A stretch of DNA of 63,405 nucleotides, the filler included, from Sphacelaria rigidula (taxonomy: Eukaryota): NCBI GenBank assembly GCA_964200075.2. It is 6 parts of 6 records of this genome, joined end to end, with 100 filler letters (N's around TTAATTAATTAA, not from the genome) between each part and the next. Parts side by side here need not be neighbours in the genome. Positions count along the whole stretch, not along the records: positions 52,923 to 63,405 come from CAXNAA020006418.1; 5 more parts are not named here. The stretch is one strand, 5' to 3'. Of this stretch, positions 63,262 to 63,405 are shown piece after piece (within the stretch, counting starts at the first letter, position 1; each line of letters begins with the position of its first letter). The position numbers were made by a program, and so were the translations under genes. The notes under the pieces are model-generated. The model saw nothing but the letters and a program-made list of their open reading frames with translations. It had not been told where the DNA came from and ran no database searches.

Positions 63262-63405
63262 GCCTACTATGAGAAATTGTGGTAATCTGCAAATCAGCGC
63301 ATGTCTTCAGATCCATGTAGCACTGCAATCCGGCAAGGTCTCATCAAACGAAATACCAAACTGTAGTCAAGTGCGAAAGTGTAGGGAGTTGAGGGCACCA
63401 TGTGC

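Overview
Eukaryotic, intron-rich and repeat-rich DNA, most consistent with a brown alga or related stramenopile (inferred from short GT-AG exons, microsatellite-rich introns and the TE repertoire; not proven). The window is not one locus. It is six contigs of 10486, 10485, 10484, 10484, 10483 and 10483 bp, sorted by decreasing length and joined by 100-bp N/TTAATTAATTAA linkers, so adjacency across linkers has no biological meaning. Contents by contig: (1) tandem and duplicated repeats, a TA-flanked MITE and a rearranged LINE; (2) a decayed Ty3/Gypsy retrotransposon whose integrase tail has a chromodomain followed by a Tudor-like domain split by a MITE; (3) five exons of a CDC48/PEX-like AAA+ ATPase with a degenerate Walker B, plus LINE remnants; (4) eleven phase-consistent exons (567 codons) of a TRP-like channel; (5) mostly repeat debris; (6) tRNA-derived SINEs, two exons of a SAM mitochondrial carrier, several small TIR/foldback elements and a complete 4317-bp hAT transposon with 18-bp TIRs, an 8-bp TSD and a five-intron, disrupted transposase. 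Most ORFs in the supplied track are spurious. All family assignments come from motif recognition by eye, not database searches.
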